From the NCBI GenBank assembly GCA_947589535.1, contig CANQAS010000002.1, positions 4,119 to 68,118 on the forward strand: a DNA stretch of 64,000 nucleotides. The letters are read 5' to 3'. The translations under genes were made by a program, and so were the position numbers. Below the pieces are notes generated by a model. It made no database searches, was not told where the DNA came from, and worked only from the letters and a program-made list of their open reading frames with translations. The DNA comes from an uncultured Bacilli bacterium. Lineage in GTDB: Bacteria > Bacillota_I > Bacilli_A > RF39 > UBA660. The first letter of the stretch is position 1, and each line of letters opens with the position of its first letter. Shown piece after piece: positions 54,503 to 64,000 of the stretch.

Positions 54503-55420
54503 CTATATCAAATTTCTAAATATTTCTGTTACATTTTTCATTTCTTTTTCTGATGACATTATTGTAATTAGGAAATTTTTCTTCTTGTTAACAATTATAT
54601 ATTGACCATTAGATCCATCTCTAAAAACAAAATCATCTCTCGAAATAAATGTATAATAACCTACGGCAATTTTAGGAAATACTCTTTCAGGTTTATATAC
54701 TAATGAGGTTTCTAATTGAACAGAACACATTTCATTTATCCACTTTTCAGGAATAACTTGACAATCATTATATTTTCCATTATTCAATAATAGTTCTCCT
54801 ATTTTATGAAAATCACTATGTTTAAGATAAAGACCCGTTGCTCCTGGACAATATTTTCCATAATTTTCCCATATAAATTCATTGATACCTAATTTATCAA
54901 ATATATTTTCTTTAATAAAGTTAGTTAGATTAATATTAAATTTTTCTTGAAAAAATACTGATAAAATAAAAGGCTCGACATTATTATATGCAAATCTATT
55001 TCCTACCTCAAAAGGAATATTATAGTTAAGAGCATAGTCTAATAAGTTATTTTTATCAATGTCCTGTATATAACTTTCAGACATCATTTGTTTTTCATAT
55101 CCTGAAGTATGAGTTAATAGATCTCTTACTTTCCATTTTTTTATTTTTTCTAAATTACTTTTATTAGTAATATTCGTAACTTTTTCAATAGATGGATAAA
55201 TCAAAGTATCTAACGAAAACATACCTTTATCAATTGCGACACCAACAGCCATTGCAACCAATAATTTAGAACAACTTCTTAATTCGTGTAAACTTTCATC
55301 ATTATAAAAGACTCTATCAATTTTACCATCTTGCTCTAAAAAAATACTATCAATGTTTAAGCTCGGTAAAATTTTTTTTAACTCAAATATATTATTTTTT
55401 ATTGTTTCTATATTAATCAT
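54503..55420 (-). CDS. serine hydrolase, beta-lactamase/PBP4-like family
   Basis: SxxK active-site motif (LRSCSKLLVAMAVG) near the N-terminus; length about 305 aa. Confidence 0.7.
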   Translation of the reverse strand: MINIETIKNNIFELKKILPSLNIDSIFLEQDGKIDRVFYNDESLHELRSCSKLLVAMAVGVAIDKGMFSLDTLIYPSIEKVTNITNKSNLEKIKKWKVRDLLTHTSGYEKQMMSESYIQDIDKNNLLDYALNYNIPFEVGNRFAYNNVEPFILSVFFQEKFNINLTNFIKENIFDKLGINEFIWENYGKYCPGATGLYLKHSDFHKIGELLLNNGKYNDCQVIPEKWINEMCSVQLETSLVYKPERVFPKIAVGYYTFISRDDFVFRDGSNGQYIIVNKKKNFLITIMSSEKEMKNVTEIFRNLI

Positions 55421-55671
55421 CTTTTACCTCCTCTTGTTACACATCATAAGGAAACTTTCTATAATCATATTTTTTAGTAACTTTATCTAATTATTCAACT
55501 GCTTCTTTAATGTCCTTTACAGCTTCATCTAAAGTATAATTTATATCTCTATATCTCTTATTAACGCCAATTTATAGGTAATACGATTAAGCTTTCCTAT
55601 TACATCTCATAAAATTAGGAATAATATTTTAAGAAGGAAAAGGAACTAAAAATTACATATAATATATAAAT

Positions 55672-57711
55672 TTATTTTTTTAGTATCCTTGTAGTATTTA
55701 AGATTGTAAGAAGTGTAACACCAGTATCTGCAAATACTGCCTGCCACATACTTGCAATTCCAAATGAACTTAATATTAACACAAGAACTTTTACACCTAT
55801 TGCAAATATCAAATTTTGTTTGATTATCTTACTAGTATGTTTTGATATTTTTATACCATCTACTATTTTATTTAGTTCATCAGTCATTATAACAACGTCT
55901 GAAGCCTCTATTGCAGATGCACTTCCAAGAGACCCCATTGATATACCAACATTTGCTCTCGCAAGTGATGGGGCATCATTTATACCATCTCCAACAAAAG
56001 CAGTAATACCATTATTAGATGCTATTTCATCTTCTAATAGTTTATATTTATCTTCTGGTAATAGTTCATATTTAGTATTTTCTATACCTACTTTTTTAGC
56101 AATATTAAGAGCAGTATCCTTATTATCACCAGTAAACATATATGGTGTTATACCAAACCTTTTTAGTTCATTAATAGTTTTTTTAGCATCCTTTTTAACA
56201 CCATCAACTAATTCTAATTTTGAAATTACTCTACCATTAACACTTAAATATATGGCATTAGATTTTTCTTTAGTTTTACAAAAATCACTTGATCCTATTT
56301 TTATTTTCTTCTCTTTTAATTCATATGAAATACCTTTACCAGAAATTTCTTTAAAATTAGATATATCATTAGTTTTTACTTTTATATTAAATACATTAAT
56401 AATTCCTTTTGCAATTGGATGATTAGATAGTTTTTCTCCTTTTACGTATAATTTAATAATATCTTTTTCTTTATAAGTATCATCTATTATAGTTAATTTA
56501 TAATCACTATAATTACCAGTTGTTATAGTACCTGTTTTGTCAAAAATTATTTTATTTATATTTCCAAGTGCATCTAAATAATCGCTACCTTTTACTAATA
56601 TTCCATCTTTAGATGCTCTACCTATTCCAGAAAAATAACTAAGTGGAACTGATATAGCAATTGCACATGGGCAAGATATTACTAAAAATACTAATGCTCT
56701 ATATATAGCGGTACTTACACTAACGTTAAATAATATTGGCAAAAATACTGCTACCATAATTGCTAAAACTAATACTACTGGTGTATATATCTTAGCGGCT
56801 TTTGCAACAAAGGTTTCTGTCTTAGCTTTTCTATCAGTAGCAGATTCTACTAACTCTAAAATTCTAGATACGGTACTATCATTATAGAGATTAGTTACCC
56901 TAAGTTCTATTAGACCACTTTCATTTACACTTCCAGATAATACTTTATCATCAACTGTTACTTTTCTAAGTTTTGATTCGCCCGTTAAAGCTGCGGTATT
57001 TAGTTTGGCATTACCTTTTATAATAATACCATCTAATGGTACTTTTTCACCTTGTTTAATTATTATTATGTCATCAATTTTGACTGTTTCAGGACTTACT
57101 TTAATATCTTCTTTATTAGTCTTTAAATTAGCATATTCTGGCTTTATATCCATTAAGTTACTAATTGACTTACGCGAATTATTAATGGCTAATTCCTCAA
57201 GTATCTTACCTATTTCATAAAGAATTATTACCATTAATCCCTCATGAACATTATCAGTTAAATATGCTCCAACGCAAGATATTGTAACAAGTAAGTTTTC
57301 ATTTATCGTTTTTGATTTAAATAATAATTTAAGTGCGTTTGTAAAAGTTCGTAAAAGAAGAATTACATACCCTATAATTATTAATGCTTTAGATAAATTA
57401 CCTTTAAATACAAACATACCTACTAATGAAGCAATCGTTCCTAAAACTAATCTTATCGTATGAAATAAAACATTTTTTTTAGTTTTGGTATTTTCATTTA
57501 AATCAAGCACGTTTATGTTTGGTTCTATATCTTTTACTATATTAGATACATAAGATTTAACATCTGTTTTCATATTTGTCTCTACCATAACCGTCAATTT
57601 TGTAAAATTAACACTAGCATCATTAATATTCTTATCTTTTTTTAGAGTTTGTTCTATTTTATTTGCACAATTAGGACAATCTAAATTATTTAATTTATAC
57701 TTATATCTCAT
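55672..57711 (-). CDS. heavy-metal translocating P1B-type ATPase (Cd/Zn/Co-type, CadA-like)
   Basis: N-terminal metal-binding CPNC, TM CPC motif (SCPCAIAISVP), DKTGT phosphorylation site, GDGINDAP hinge. Confidence 0.85.
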   Translation of the reverse strand: MRYKYKLNNLDCPNCANKIEQTLKKDKNINDASVNFTKLTVMVETNMKTDVKSYVSNIVKDIEPNINVLDLNENTKTKKNVLFHTIRLVLGTIASLVGMFVFKGNLSKALIIIGYVILLLRTFTNALKLLFKSKTINENLLVTISCVGAYLTDNVHEGLMVIILYEIGKILEELAINNSRKSISNLMDIKPEYANLKTNKEDIKVSPETVKIDDIIIIKQGEKVPLDGIIIKGNAKLNTAALTGESKLRKVTVDDKVLSGSVNESGLIELRVTNLYNDSTVSRILELVESATDRKAKTETFVAKAAKIYTPVVLVLAIMVAVFLPILFNVSVSTAIYRALVFLVISCPCAIAISVPLSYFSGIGRASKDGILVKGSDYLDALGNINKIIFDKTGTITTGNYSDYKLTIIDDTYKEKDIIKLYVKGEKLSNHPIAKGIINVFNIKVKTNDISNFKEISGKGISYELKEKKIKIGSSDFCKTKEKSNAIYLSVNGRVISKLELVDGVKKDAKKTINELKRFGITPYMFTGDNKDTALNIAKKVGIENTKYELLPEDKYKLLEDEIASNNGITAFVGDGINDAPSLARANVGISMGSLGSASAIEASDVVIMTDELNKIVDGIKISKHTSKIIKQNLIFAIGVKVLVLILSSFGIASMWQAVFADTGVTLLTILNTTRILKK

Positions 57712-57994
57712 TTATGTGTTCACATCCCATCTTAAATATTTTTTCAACATGATCATCTGCTAAATAATAATAAGTTAAATTACCTTCTTTTCTATATTTT
57801 ACCAATTTGGAATCCTTAAGAATCCGAAGTTGATGACTAACAGCAGACTGACTAACACCAATTTTCTCTGATATATCATTAACACACATTTCATTATTAA
57901 TAAGCAAGTTCATTATTTTTACCCTGGTAGAATCACCAAACATTTTAAATAATTCTGATAAATCTATTATCTTATCATCATCTAATAAATTCAT
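57701..57994 (-). CDS. ArsR/SmtB-family metal-responsive repressor (CadC-like)
   Basis: 97 aa. HTH ...CVNDISEKIGVSQSAVSHQLRILK. Overlaps the ATPase start. Confidence 0.8.
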   Translation of the reverse strand: MNLLDDDKIIDLSELFKMFGDSTRVKIMNLLINNEMCVNDISEKIGVSQSAVSHQLRILKDSKLVKYRKEGNLTYYYLADDHVEKIFKMGCEHINEI

Positions 57995-58094
57995 ATTACA
58001 TATCCTTTCTATATGAATACATGTTCATATATTAATATTATATGTAATGAAAAAGAAGTTGTCAATATAATACTTTCAACTTCTAACTATGTAG

Positions 58095-59258
58095 TTATTT
58101 CTTTTTAGACTTCTTTTTAATAATAATTCCTTTTAATCTGGTATTTAACCTTATTAGAACTTTATTTGTATTAGAATTAATGTTATTTAATTTTAGTCTT
58201 GAAATTATTTCTTTTAACATACTTATTTCACTATTAAATTCTTTTTCAGGAATTTCATCAATAATTTCGTCAATATCAAATTTATCAGAAATAGACTCTT
58301 CTAAAACTATTTCAACATATGCTGAAACAAACTCAATTTCATCAGTATTTAATGGGCTTTCTTCATCGATATACGGATGACTTTTATTCTTTTTAGCTTG
58401 GTATAATCTCATTCTTTCTGTTCTAGGTATAATAGGTTCACTAGTTAGTGGCTTAAAATCCTGTTTTTTAGGACTAATTAAAATCTCGGGTTTTACGTCT
58501 TCTTTTTTGATAAAAGAAGAGTTATATTTTTTAATTTCATTTATTAAAATATTATATTCCTCAGACATATTATATATAGTTGCCATCTTTCCACATTTAT
58601 TATCAAGCTCTTTAATTTGTCTTTTAGAAATATATTCATTATTGGTAGCAAGCACTTTTATTTCATTTAAACTTTCTAGTGATTCTTTTAAAAATATTTT
58701 ATTAAAATTTCCCATTGACTCATCATACTTATCAATAAACAGAAGAAGATAAAATAACCAAGCATACATAATATTGTCAGCAAATTTTACATTAGGATTT
58801 TGTTTTTTATTATCAATTACTTCTTTTGAAATTTTAAAGAAAGAATCAACTATAATATTAAAATCATTTTTTTTCAATAATTTTTTAACGTTTGAAAAAA
58901 GATTTTTATTGAAATTATTTTTATAATAATTTGATGTTATACATGCATTGTAGAAATCTTCTATGTACGCATGAAGTATAACTGAAATATATTTTTTTAT
59001 TTCACTATCATTAATTAGTTTTTCTATATAATCAATTACAAAATTTGTTTCAATTATTATATCAATTTTATTAATTAATATATCATCAGTTACCGAGCTT
59101 TTATCATAATACATCTCTTTAGTAGTTAAATTCGTATTTAATTTTTTTAAATTTACAAAATTTCTTATTTCGTTTCCTAATTTTGCTTGGTTAACATTAA
59201 ACAATTTCATTTTTTTATTACATAATTCAATAGTTTCTAAAACTTTATTCATTATCAT
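58095..59258 (-). CDS. hypothetical protein, 387 aa, lysine-rich C-terminus
   Basis: Last gene of the patatin-HD-ABC gene string. No motif found. Confidence 0.4.
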   Translation of the reverse strand: MIMNKVLETIELCNKKMKLFNVNQAKLGNEIRNFVNLKKLNTNLTTKEMYYDKSSVTDDILINKIDIIIETNFVIDYIEKLINDSEIKKYISVILHAYIEDFYNACITSNYYKNNFNKNLFSNVKKLLKKNDFNIIVDSFFKISKEVIDNKKQNPNVKFADNIMYAWLFYLLLFIDKYDESMGNFNKIFLKESLESLNEIKVLATNNEYISKRQIKELDNKCGKMATIYNMSEEYNILINEIKKYNSSFIKKEDVKPEILISPKKQDFKPLTSEPIIPRTERMRLYQAKKNKSHPYIDEESPLNTDEIEFVSAYVEIVLEESISDKFDIDEIIDEIPEKEFNSEISMLKEIISRLKLNNINSNTNKVLIRLNTRLKGIIIKKKSKKK

Positions 59259-59365
59259 AACCTTCTTTATTGTTGTTTTAAAGCAATAGATAGACCTATT
59301 ACGTGTTTTAATATTATAATTGTATAATAAATGTATGTCAACAATAAAAAGCCTCTAATAGGGCT

Positions 59366-60967
59366 TTAATTATTTTTTAATTTCATTACTCCATCTTTAA
59401 ATATATAATGTTTATTACATATCTTTTTAACCGTCATTCTATGAGTTACAATAACAACCGTTTTTTCTTCCAAATGCTTTTTTATAAGATTAATTATTAG
59501 ATTTTCTGTTTCTGTATCTAAGTTAGATGTTGGTTCATCTAAAATATATAATTCCTTATCAAGTACTATACCCCTTAAAATATTAATCCTTTGCTTTTGG
59601 CCTGCCGATAACTTTACTCCTCTTTCACCAACGATGGTATTTTCTTTATCAGGTAGTTCCATTATCCAATCAAAAAGATCAGCATCTTTTAGTAATTGAT
59701 AAAAACGTTTATCACTTATTTTTTTACCTAAACATATGTTTTCTTTAATTGATACGTTCAATAAGTCAACATCTTGTGAAATGTATGCAAGAGACAAATT
59801 TTTATTGGTTTTCTTTCCATTAATCAAATAAGTTGCCTTATCATCGACTAAAAACTTTGAAAGAATATTTAAAAAAGTGGTTTTACCTTGTCCGGATTTA
59901 CCAATAATACTTACTTTATCTCCTTTATTTAATAAAAAATTAGGAACAATTATTCTTTTCTTAGACTTTTTATCATATTTAAAATTAACATTCATTATTT
60001 CGATTGTATTAAAACTATTTATAATTTCTTTTTTATCATAAGTACCTATCATTTCTTCTATTTGATCGTTAGCCGACTTAAGTTCAGTATGAACTTGGAA
60101 AACGTTACTTAGTCTTCTAAACTCGGACTTTATACCATTAAATGCAGTTATGTAAAATAACAAGAATGCTAAAATATCTTCACCATTTTTAAATCTAAAA
60201 TATAGCGATATCAAAACCACTAAGTATATAACAAGTAAAATAGCATCAATTCCATTAAATCTTAAAATACTTGCGTTTTTTAAATTATGAAAACTTTTCT
60301 TAACAGGAATAAATGACTCATCTATTTTGGTAATAGAATATAAATCAGCATCCAATTTTTTTATTGTTTTAATATTTTGCAAAATATCAGTTAAACAAGA
60401 ATTATAGTTAGAATAATCTGTATTATACACTTTTTGTTTTTTCTTTACATACCTAGATAACCTAACGTTATAAATAACAATAACTATTAATAATATTAAT
60501 ATTATTAAAAACACTTTTTTATCTTGAATATAAGTAGTCGCAAGAAAAATACCACCTGATACCAAACAACCTAACACGTTATCCATTATGCACCTTAAAT
60601 AGTTAACAGCATTACTAGTAACTAAATCTACCTGTTTTTTTAAATATCCTGTATGAATGTTATTTAACCTTTCTAGTGGTACGTTCATAATTCTTTTAAA
60701 ATATGCTAATACCACGTTCTTTTCGTATTTTTGTACAAAGTCATTAACAGGTACACTCCATATGTGGTTACATATCATATATATAATGTTAAGTATCCCT
60801 ACTAATAAAATAAATAATTTAAAATTATTTATTGAAAAATTATTAGAAATCAAAAGAGATATAATAACTGGAATAATATATAAACTAACATTTAATACAA
60901 ACGCATTAAATACACATAAAAAATATTTAAATTTATTTAGGTATTTATAACAGAACATAAATATCAC
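59366..60967 (-). CDS. ABC exporter, fused permease/ATPase
   Basis: Six TM. Walker A GKSGQGKTT, signature LSAGQKQRINILRGI, Walker B LYILDEPTSNLD. Confidence 0.8.
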   Translation of the reverse strand: MIFMFCYKYLNKFKYFLCVFNAFVLNVSLYIIPVIISLLISNNFSINNFKLFILLVGILNIIYMICNHIWSVPVNDFVQKYEKNVVLAYFKRIMNVPLERLNNIHTGYLKKQVDLVTSNAVNYLRCIMDNVLGCLVSGGIFLATTYIQDKKVFLIILILLIVIVIYNVRLSRYVKKKQKVYNTDYSNYNSCLTDILQNIKTIKKLDADLYSITKIDESFIPVKKSFHNLKNASILRFNGIDAILLVIYLVVLISLYFRFKNGEDILAFLLFYITAFNGIKSEFRRLSNVFQVHTELKSANDQIEEMIGTYDKKEIINSFNTIEIMNVNFKYDKKSKKRIIVPNFLLNKGDKVSIIGKSGQGKTTFLNILSKFLVDDKATYLINGKKTNKNLSLAYISQDVDLLNVSIKENICLGKKISDKRFYQLLKDADLFDWIMELPDKENTIVGERGVKLSAGQKQRINILRGIVLDKELYILDEPTSNLDTETENLIINLIKKHLEEKTVVIVTHRMTVKKICNKHYIFKDGVMKLKNN

Positions 60968-61560
60968 TATCCTTCTATATTATTTTCATCATCAAATTTA
61001 ACATCTAAAAATTTGCGACTTGCTAGATAATCGCACATGTGTACGAATCTTTGAAATTTTGATTCTGGTTTAGGTAGTACTACACTACTATAATTATTAG
61101 TTGTCCAAGGTCCCATATGGGATGATATAACATGACAAATAAATTCTATTTCTTTATCATTAAACTTTGTTTTATTTTTATTTTCTTTTATATAATCACA
61201 AACAAGTAATGGATGTTCAAATTTTGTATATTGTGACTTTTCAAGTCCTGATTTTAACCCATCATGCATCATAAGTGCAATCATCATTAAATCCTTTTCG
61301 TTTTTAGTATAAGCACCTGTTATACTTTCATTATTAAACATCTCATATGCAATTCTAACTGCTACCTTAGTATGTCTAACTAGTCCACCATCACCTAACG
61401 AAAAAGCAGGATGATATTTACCAGTAGACGAAGCTGGTACCTCAAAAAAATAATCTGGCAATAAATTAATTAATACTTTTGCACTATCTTTATATCTTAG
61501 ATTATTAATAAAATTTAGTTCCCTTTCAAATACTGCTGTTTTATCCATTATTTTATTCAT
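60967..61560 (-). CDS. HD-domain phosphohydrolase
   Basis: H...HD...H...D pattern (GKYHPAF…RHTKVA…MMHDGLK…HMGPW). Its stop overlaps the ABC start. Confidence 0.6.
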   Translation of the reverse strand: MNKIMDKTAVFERELNFINNLRYKDSAKVLINLLPDYFFEVPASSTGKYHPAFSLGDGGLVRHTKVAVRIAYEMFNNESITGAYTKNEKDLMMIALMMHDGLKSGLEKSQYTKFEHPLLVCDYIKENKNKTKFNDKEIEFICHVISSHMGPWTTNNYSSVVLPKPESKFQRFVHMCDYLASRKFLDVKFDDENNIEG

Positions 61561-61627
61561 TTTAATCTCCTTTTATTTTATTTTACCTTTTTGTAAGTAA
61601 CTAGATATTTTATCTTCAAATTCTTCT

Positions 61628-62842
61628 TCATTTCATTATTGTTTTTAAATACAATGCGCATAAAAAAGCATTAGGAAACATAATTCTTAATTTATTTAAA
61701 GATTTACCTTTTTTACTATCTAATTCATCATATATATATGAAACTAATTCTTTACTAACAAAAAATTTTTTTAATTTACTTGCCTTTATTAAACCTTTAA
61801 TTTTTCTATGACCCTTTATTTTGTTTTTTAAAAAAGCTTTTTTTATTTTTATATTTAAAAATGAAGTTCTATATATTTTAGATGGATCTATATTAAATAT
61901 ATCTGCTAAACGTTCTAACGTTTCGTTAAAAACTTTTTCTTTATTTTTATTAAGTATTCTACTAGGCTTTAAAATAAGAAAATAATCTTTGACCAAGCTA
62001 GCATATAAATCATAAAATTTATCACCTATTCTTTTATAATTACGCGATAATGATCCTTTTTTAAAGGTGTATTTATCTCCTTCTAATTCATTATACATTT
62101 TCATAGTATCATTATAACCTAAAGCAATTGCATACCTCGCATAATACTTTTCAAAAGCTAGAAAGTTTCCTAAGTTATTTTTAGGCTTTATATAGGTTAT
62201 TTTAACCTTTTTATTCTTTACAGGTCTAGTAACTCCTACTGCTCCCATATCTACTGCAATTATTTCATCTGCTCCCATACTTATTGCAAGATTAATTGGT
62301 AAATTATCATAATAACCACCATCTACAAAGTTATTTTTACCTATTAAGGTTGGTTTAAAAGCGGGAAAACATGAGCATGATGCTAATAAATACTTTTTAG
62401 TATCACCTTTTTTTAAATCTTTTTTTCTAACATACTTACCCTTAAGCGATGGAAAATACGTAGTAACTAACCCATAATCTATGTTAGATTTAAAAAGTTT
62501 ATCTTCATCTAACGCATTATCTATTACTTTTTCAAGGCCCTTCATTTCATAGCCTCCACTAATAGCGCCTTTGGCATACTTTCTTAATATTTCTTCTTTT
62601 CCTTTTTTAGTTTTAAACTTTCCATCTATTTCTATATCCATAACTTTTTTATAATCCATATAATACCAGGTTTTAAAAGCTTTATAATAATCATCTTGCG
62701 CCATCAAAACACCAGTTAAAGATCCTACTGATGTTCCTGTTACTATATCATAATTAATATTTAAACGTCTAAGAGCTTTCCATACACCCATTTCATATCC
62801 GCCTTTAGCTCCTCCTCCTGCCAATACTATTGCTCTTTTCAT
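61628..62842 (-). CDS. patatin-like phospholipase
   Basis: Oxyanion hole GGGAKGGYEMGV, lipase GTSVGS (GxSxG) and DGG catalytic Asp motif. Confidence 0.8.
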   Translation of the reverse strand: MKRAIVLAGGGAKGGYEMGVWKALRRLNINYDIVTGTSVGSLTGVLMAQDDYYKAFKTWYYMDYKKVMDIEIDGKFKTKKGKEEILRKYAKGAISGGYEMKGLEKVIDNALDEDKLFKSNIDYGLVTTYFPSLKGKYVRKKDLKKGDTKKYLLASCSCFPAFKPTLIGKNNFVDGGYYDNLPINLAISMGADEIIAVDMGAVGVTRPVKNKKVKITYIKPKNNLGNFLAFEKYYARYAIALGYNDTMKMYNELEGDKYTFKKGSLSRNYKRIGDKFYDLYASLVKDYFLILKPSRILNKNKEKVFNETLERLADIFNIDPSKIYRTSFLNIKIKKAFLKNKIKGHRKIKGLIKASKLKKFFVSKELVSYIYDELDSKKGKSLNKLRIMFPNAFLCALYLKTIMK

Positions 62843-63330
62843 AACATCACCGCCATACTATTTTTCTTTATTATTTCTTAATTTATTACTTTTATCAGTA
62901 AAAAGAGTTAAAAATAAGTCATATGATGAATTATACCATCTATTATAATTTTTGAACTTTTTTTATTAGAAAATCTGGATAAAATAAATTAGTATTAATA
63001 GCTACTTCTATATGATACACAAACCATATTTTTTTGTCATGGCATTTCATACAAATTATGTAATATAGCTGTTTTTACTGCTAATTTTATATTAAAATTT
63101 TATTTTTATGTTTTTTTAAATATTTATTAGATAATAAGTAAATTACTATTTCAACTTTAGTAATATGTTTTCATAGTAAAATAATACATGATGTAAAAAC
63201 TTATTAAGATTCTTATTTAAAATACTTAACTATTAAAAATTAAAAAGATTATATTCAAAAAAATTCTTTATTTTCTCCACTAATACATTTTTTAATAAAT
63301 TATATCACCGTATAAATTATAACATGATTA

Positions 63331-63360
63331 TTGTAAAAAAACATAAAATTATGATATAAT
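63331..63360 (+). promoter_or_regulatory. sigma-A promoter TTGTAA-18-TGaTATAAT for tRNA-Arg
   Basis: Extended -10, about 9 nt upstream of the tRNA 5' end. Confidence 0.5.
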
Positions 63361-63368
63361 TAGTTCAT

Positions 63369-63445
63369 GTCCTCGTAGCTCAGCTGGATAGAGCATTCGC
63401 CTCCTAAGCGAAGGGTCGCGCGTTCGAATCGCGCCGTGGACGCCA
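63369..63445 (+). tRNA. tRNA-Arg (anticodon CCU)
   Basis: Cloverleaf: acceptor GTCCTCG/CGTGGAC with one U-U mismatch, D arm GCTCAGCTGGATAGAGC, anticodon stem TTCGC/GCGAA with loop CTCCTAA, T arm GCGCG-TTCGAAT-CGCGC, GCCA end. Confidence 0.8.
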
Positions 63446-63491
63446 CTTAAATAAATAAAAATACACAAGTCATTTCAGATTTATGTATTTT

Positions 63492-63992
63492 TTATTTTAT
63501 AAAATTAATTAAAAATAACATCCACACGCTGATTTGTGTTTTTGCTTGCATTGCTCCCTCTAATATAGTTGATACTTTATCTGCTAAAGTTACGATCCAC
63601 GCCTCTTTTGATTTAGGAACCACAGATGACGTAGGAAACATATGAGATTCAATTATATTTTGTTCTTTTTCATTAATTGCAAAATATTTTATAGCATTTT
63701 CTTTTGCAATTGTTGGATGTTCTACAAACATTTTAGCACTCGTTAATAAGTTTTTATCATCTCTTACTAAAAAGAAATCATGTAATGCTGCACCTCTTAT
63801 AGTACTAGTTACATCACAACCTAAAACCTTAGCTAATTTATAAGCAATGTATGAAACCCTAACCGAATGGTTAAACCTAGTATTTCCATGATGAATAATA
63901 GATTTAGTTTTAATAAATTCTTTATGAGTTAAAATGGGTTCTGCAACACTCATAAAATCTTTATCATTATATATTTTATTTATAAGTTTCAA
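63492..63992 (-). CDS. HD-domain protein
   Basis: HHGNTRFNHSVRVSYIA…ALHDFF HD signature; 166 aa. Confidence 0.55.
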   Translation of the reverse strand: MKLINKIYNDKDFMSVAEPILTHKEFIKTKSIIHHGNTRFNHSVRVSYIAYKLAKVLGCDVTSTIRGAALHDFFLVRDDKNLLTSAKMFVEHPTIAKENAIKYFAINEKEQNIIESHMFPTSSVVPKSKEAWIVTLADKVSTILEGAMQAKTQISVWMLFLINFIK

Positions 63993-64000
63993 TGTAATCA

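Noticed and set aside
53530-55670. Integrase or transposase marking a mobile element next to tRNA-Thr
   Set aside because: No recombinase-like ORF or terminal inverted repeats could be identified. Only gene remnants are present, so the island idea is kept as a low-confidence inference rather than a mobile-element call.

Overview
This is a very AT-rich (roughly 27-30% GC) chromosomal segment from an endospore-forming Firmicute. It carries spoIVB-, spoIIM- and spoVB-like genes alongside a Bacillus-like housekeeping backbone. Most of the window is core genome. The 5' end holds the last two thirds of mutS, followed by nusB, xseA-xseB, spoIVB and spoIIM. xerD and rarA follow. A long minus-strand run then reads ruvA-ruvB-queA-tgt, lysS, secDF-relA-dtd, LemA/DUF2207, a glutamine-amidotransferase-like gene with hisS and aspS, tcdA, and a cadherin-like surface protein. 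The gene order hisS-aspS-(RNA)-tcdA-rarA and ruvAB-queA-tgt-(spoVB)-secDF-relA-dtd mirrors Bacillus subtilis. Two tRNAs are present on the plus strand, Thr-GGU and Arg-CCU. No rRNA, CRISPR array, transposase or phage integrase was seen. Five things are not explained by ordinary annotation. (1) A roughly 180-nt, comparatively GC-rich, hairpin-rich transcript with its own extended-10 promoter lies between aspS-side ORFs and tcdA; it is a candidate 6S RNA. (2) A T-box-like leader precedes the amidotransferase-hisS-aspS operon. (3) Several decaying genes are present: a frameshifted GNAT gene, and a small gene carrying one in-frame TAG and one in-frame TGA. (4) A roughly 10-kb accessory segment sits between tRNA-Thr and tRNA-Arg. 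It carries gene remnants, a cadC/cadA-type metal-efflux pair, and an uncharacterised patatin / HD hydrolase / ABC exporter / unknown-protein operon. (5) A 625-aa internally triplicated protein of unknown function, with a HAD-like module and a poly-Asp tail, lies next to xerD. Coordinates come from the supplied ORF track unless a start was re-picked from RBS evidence.
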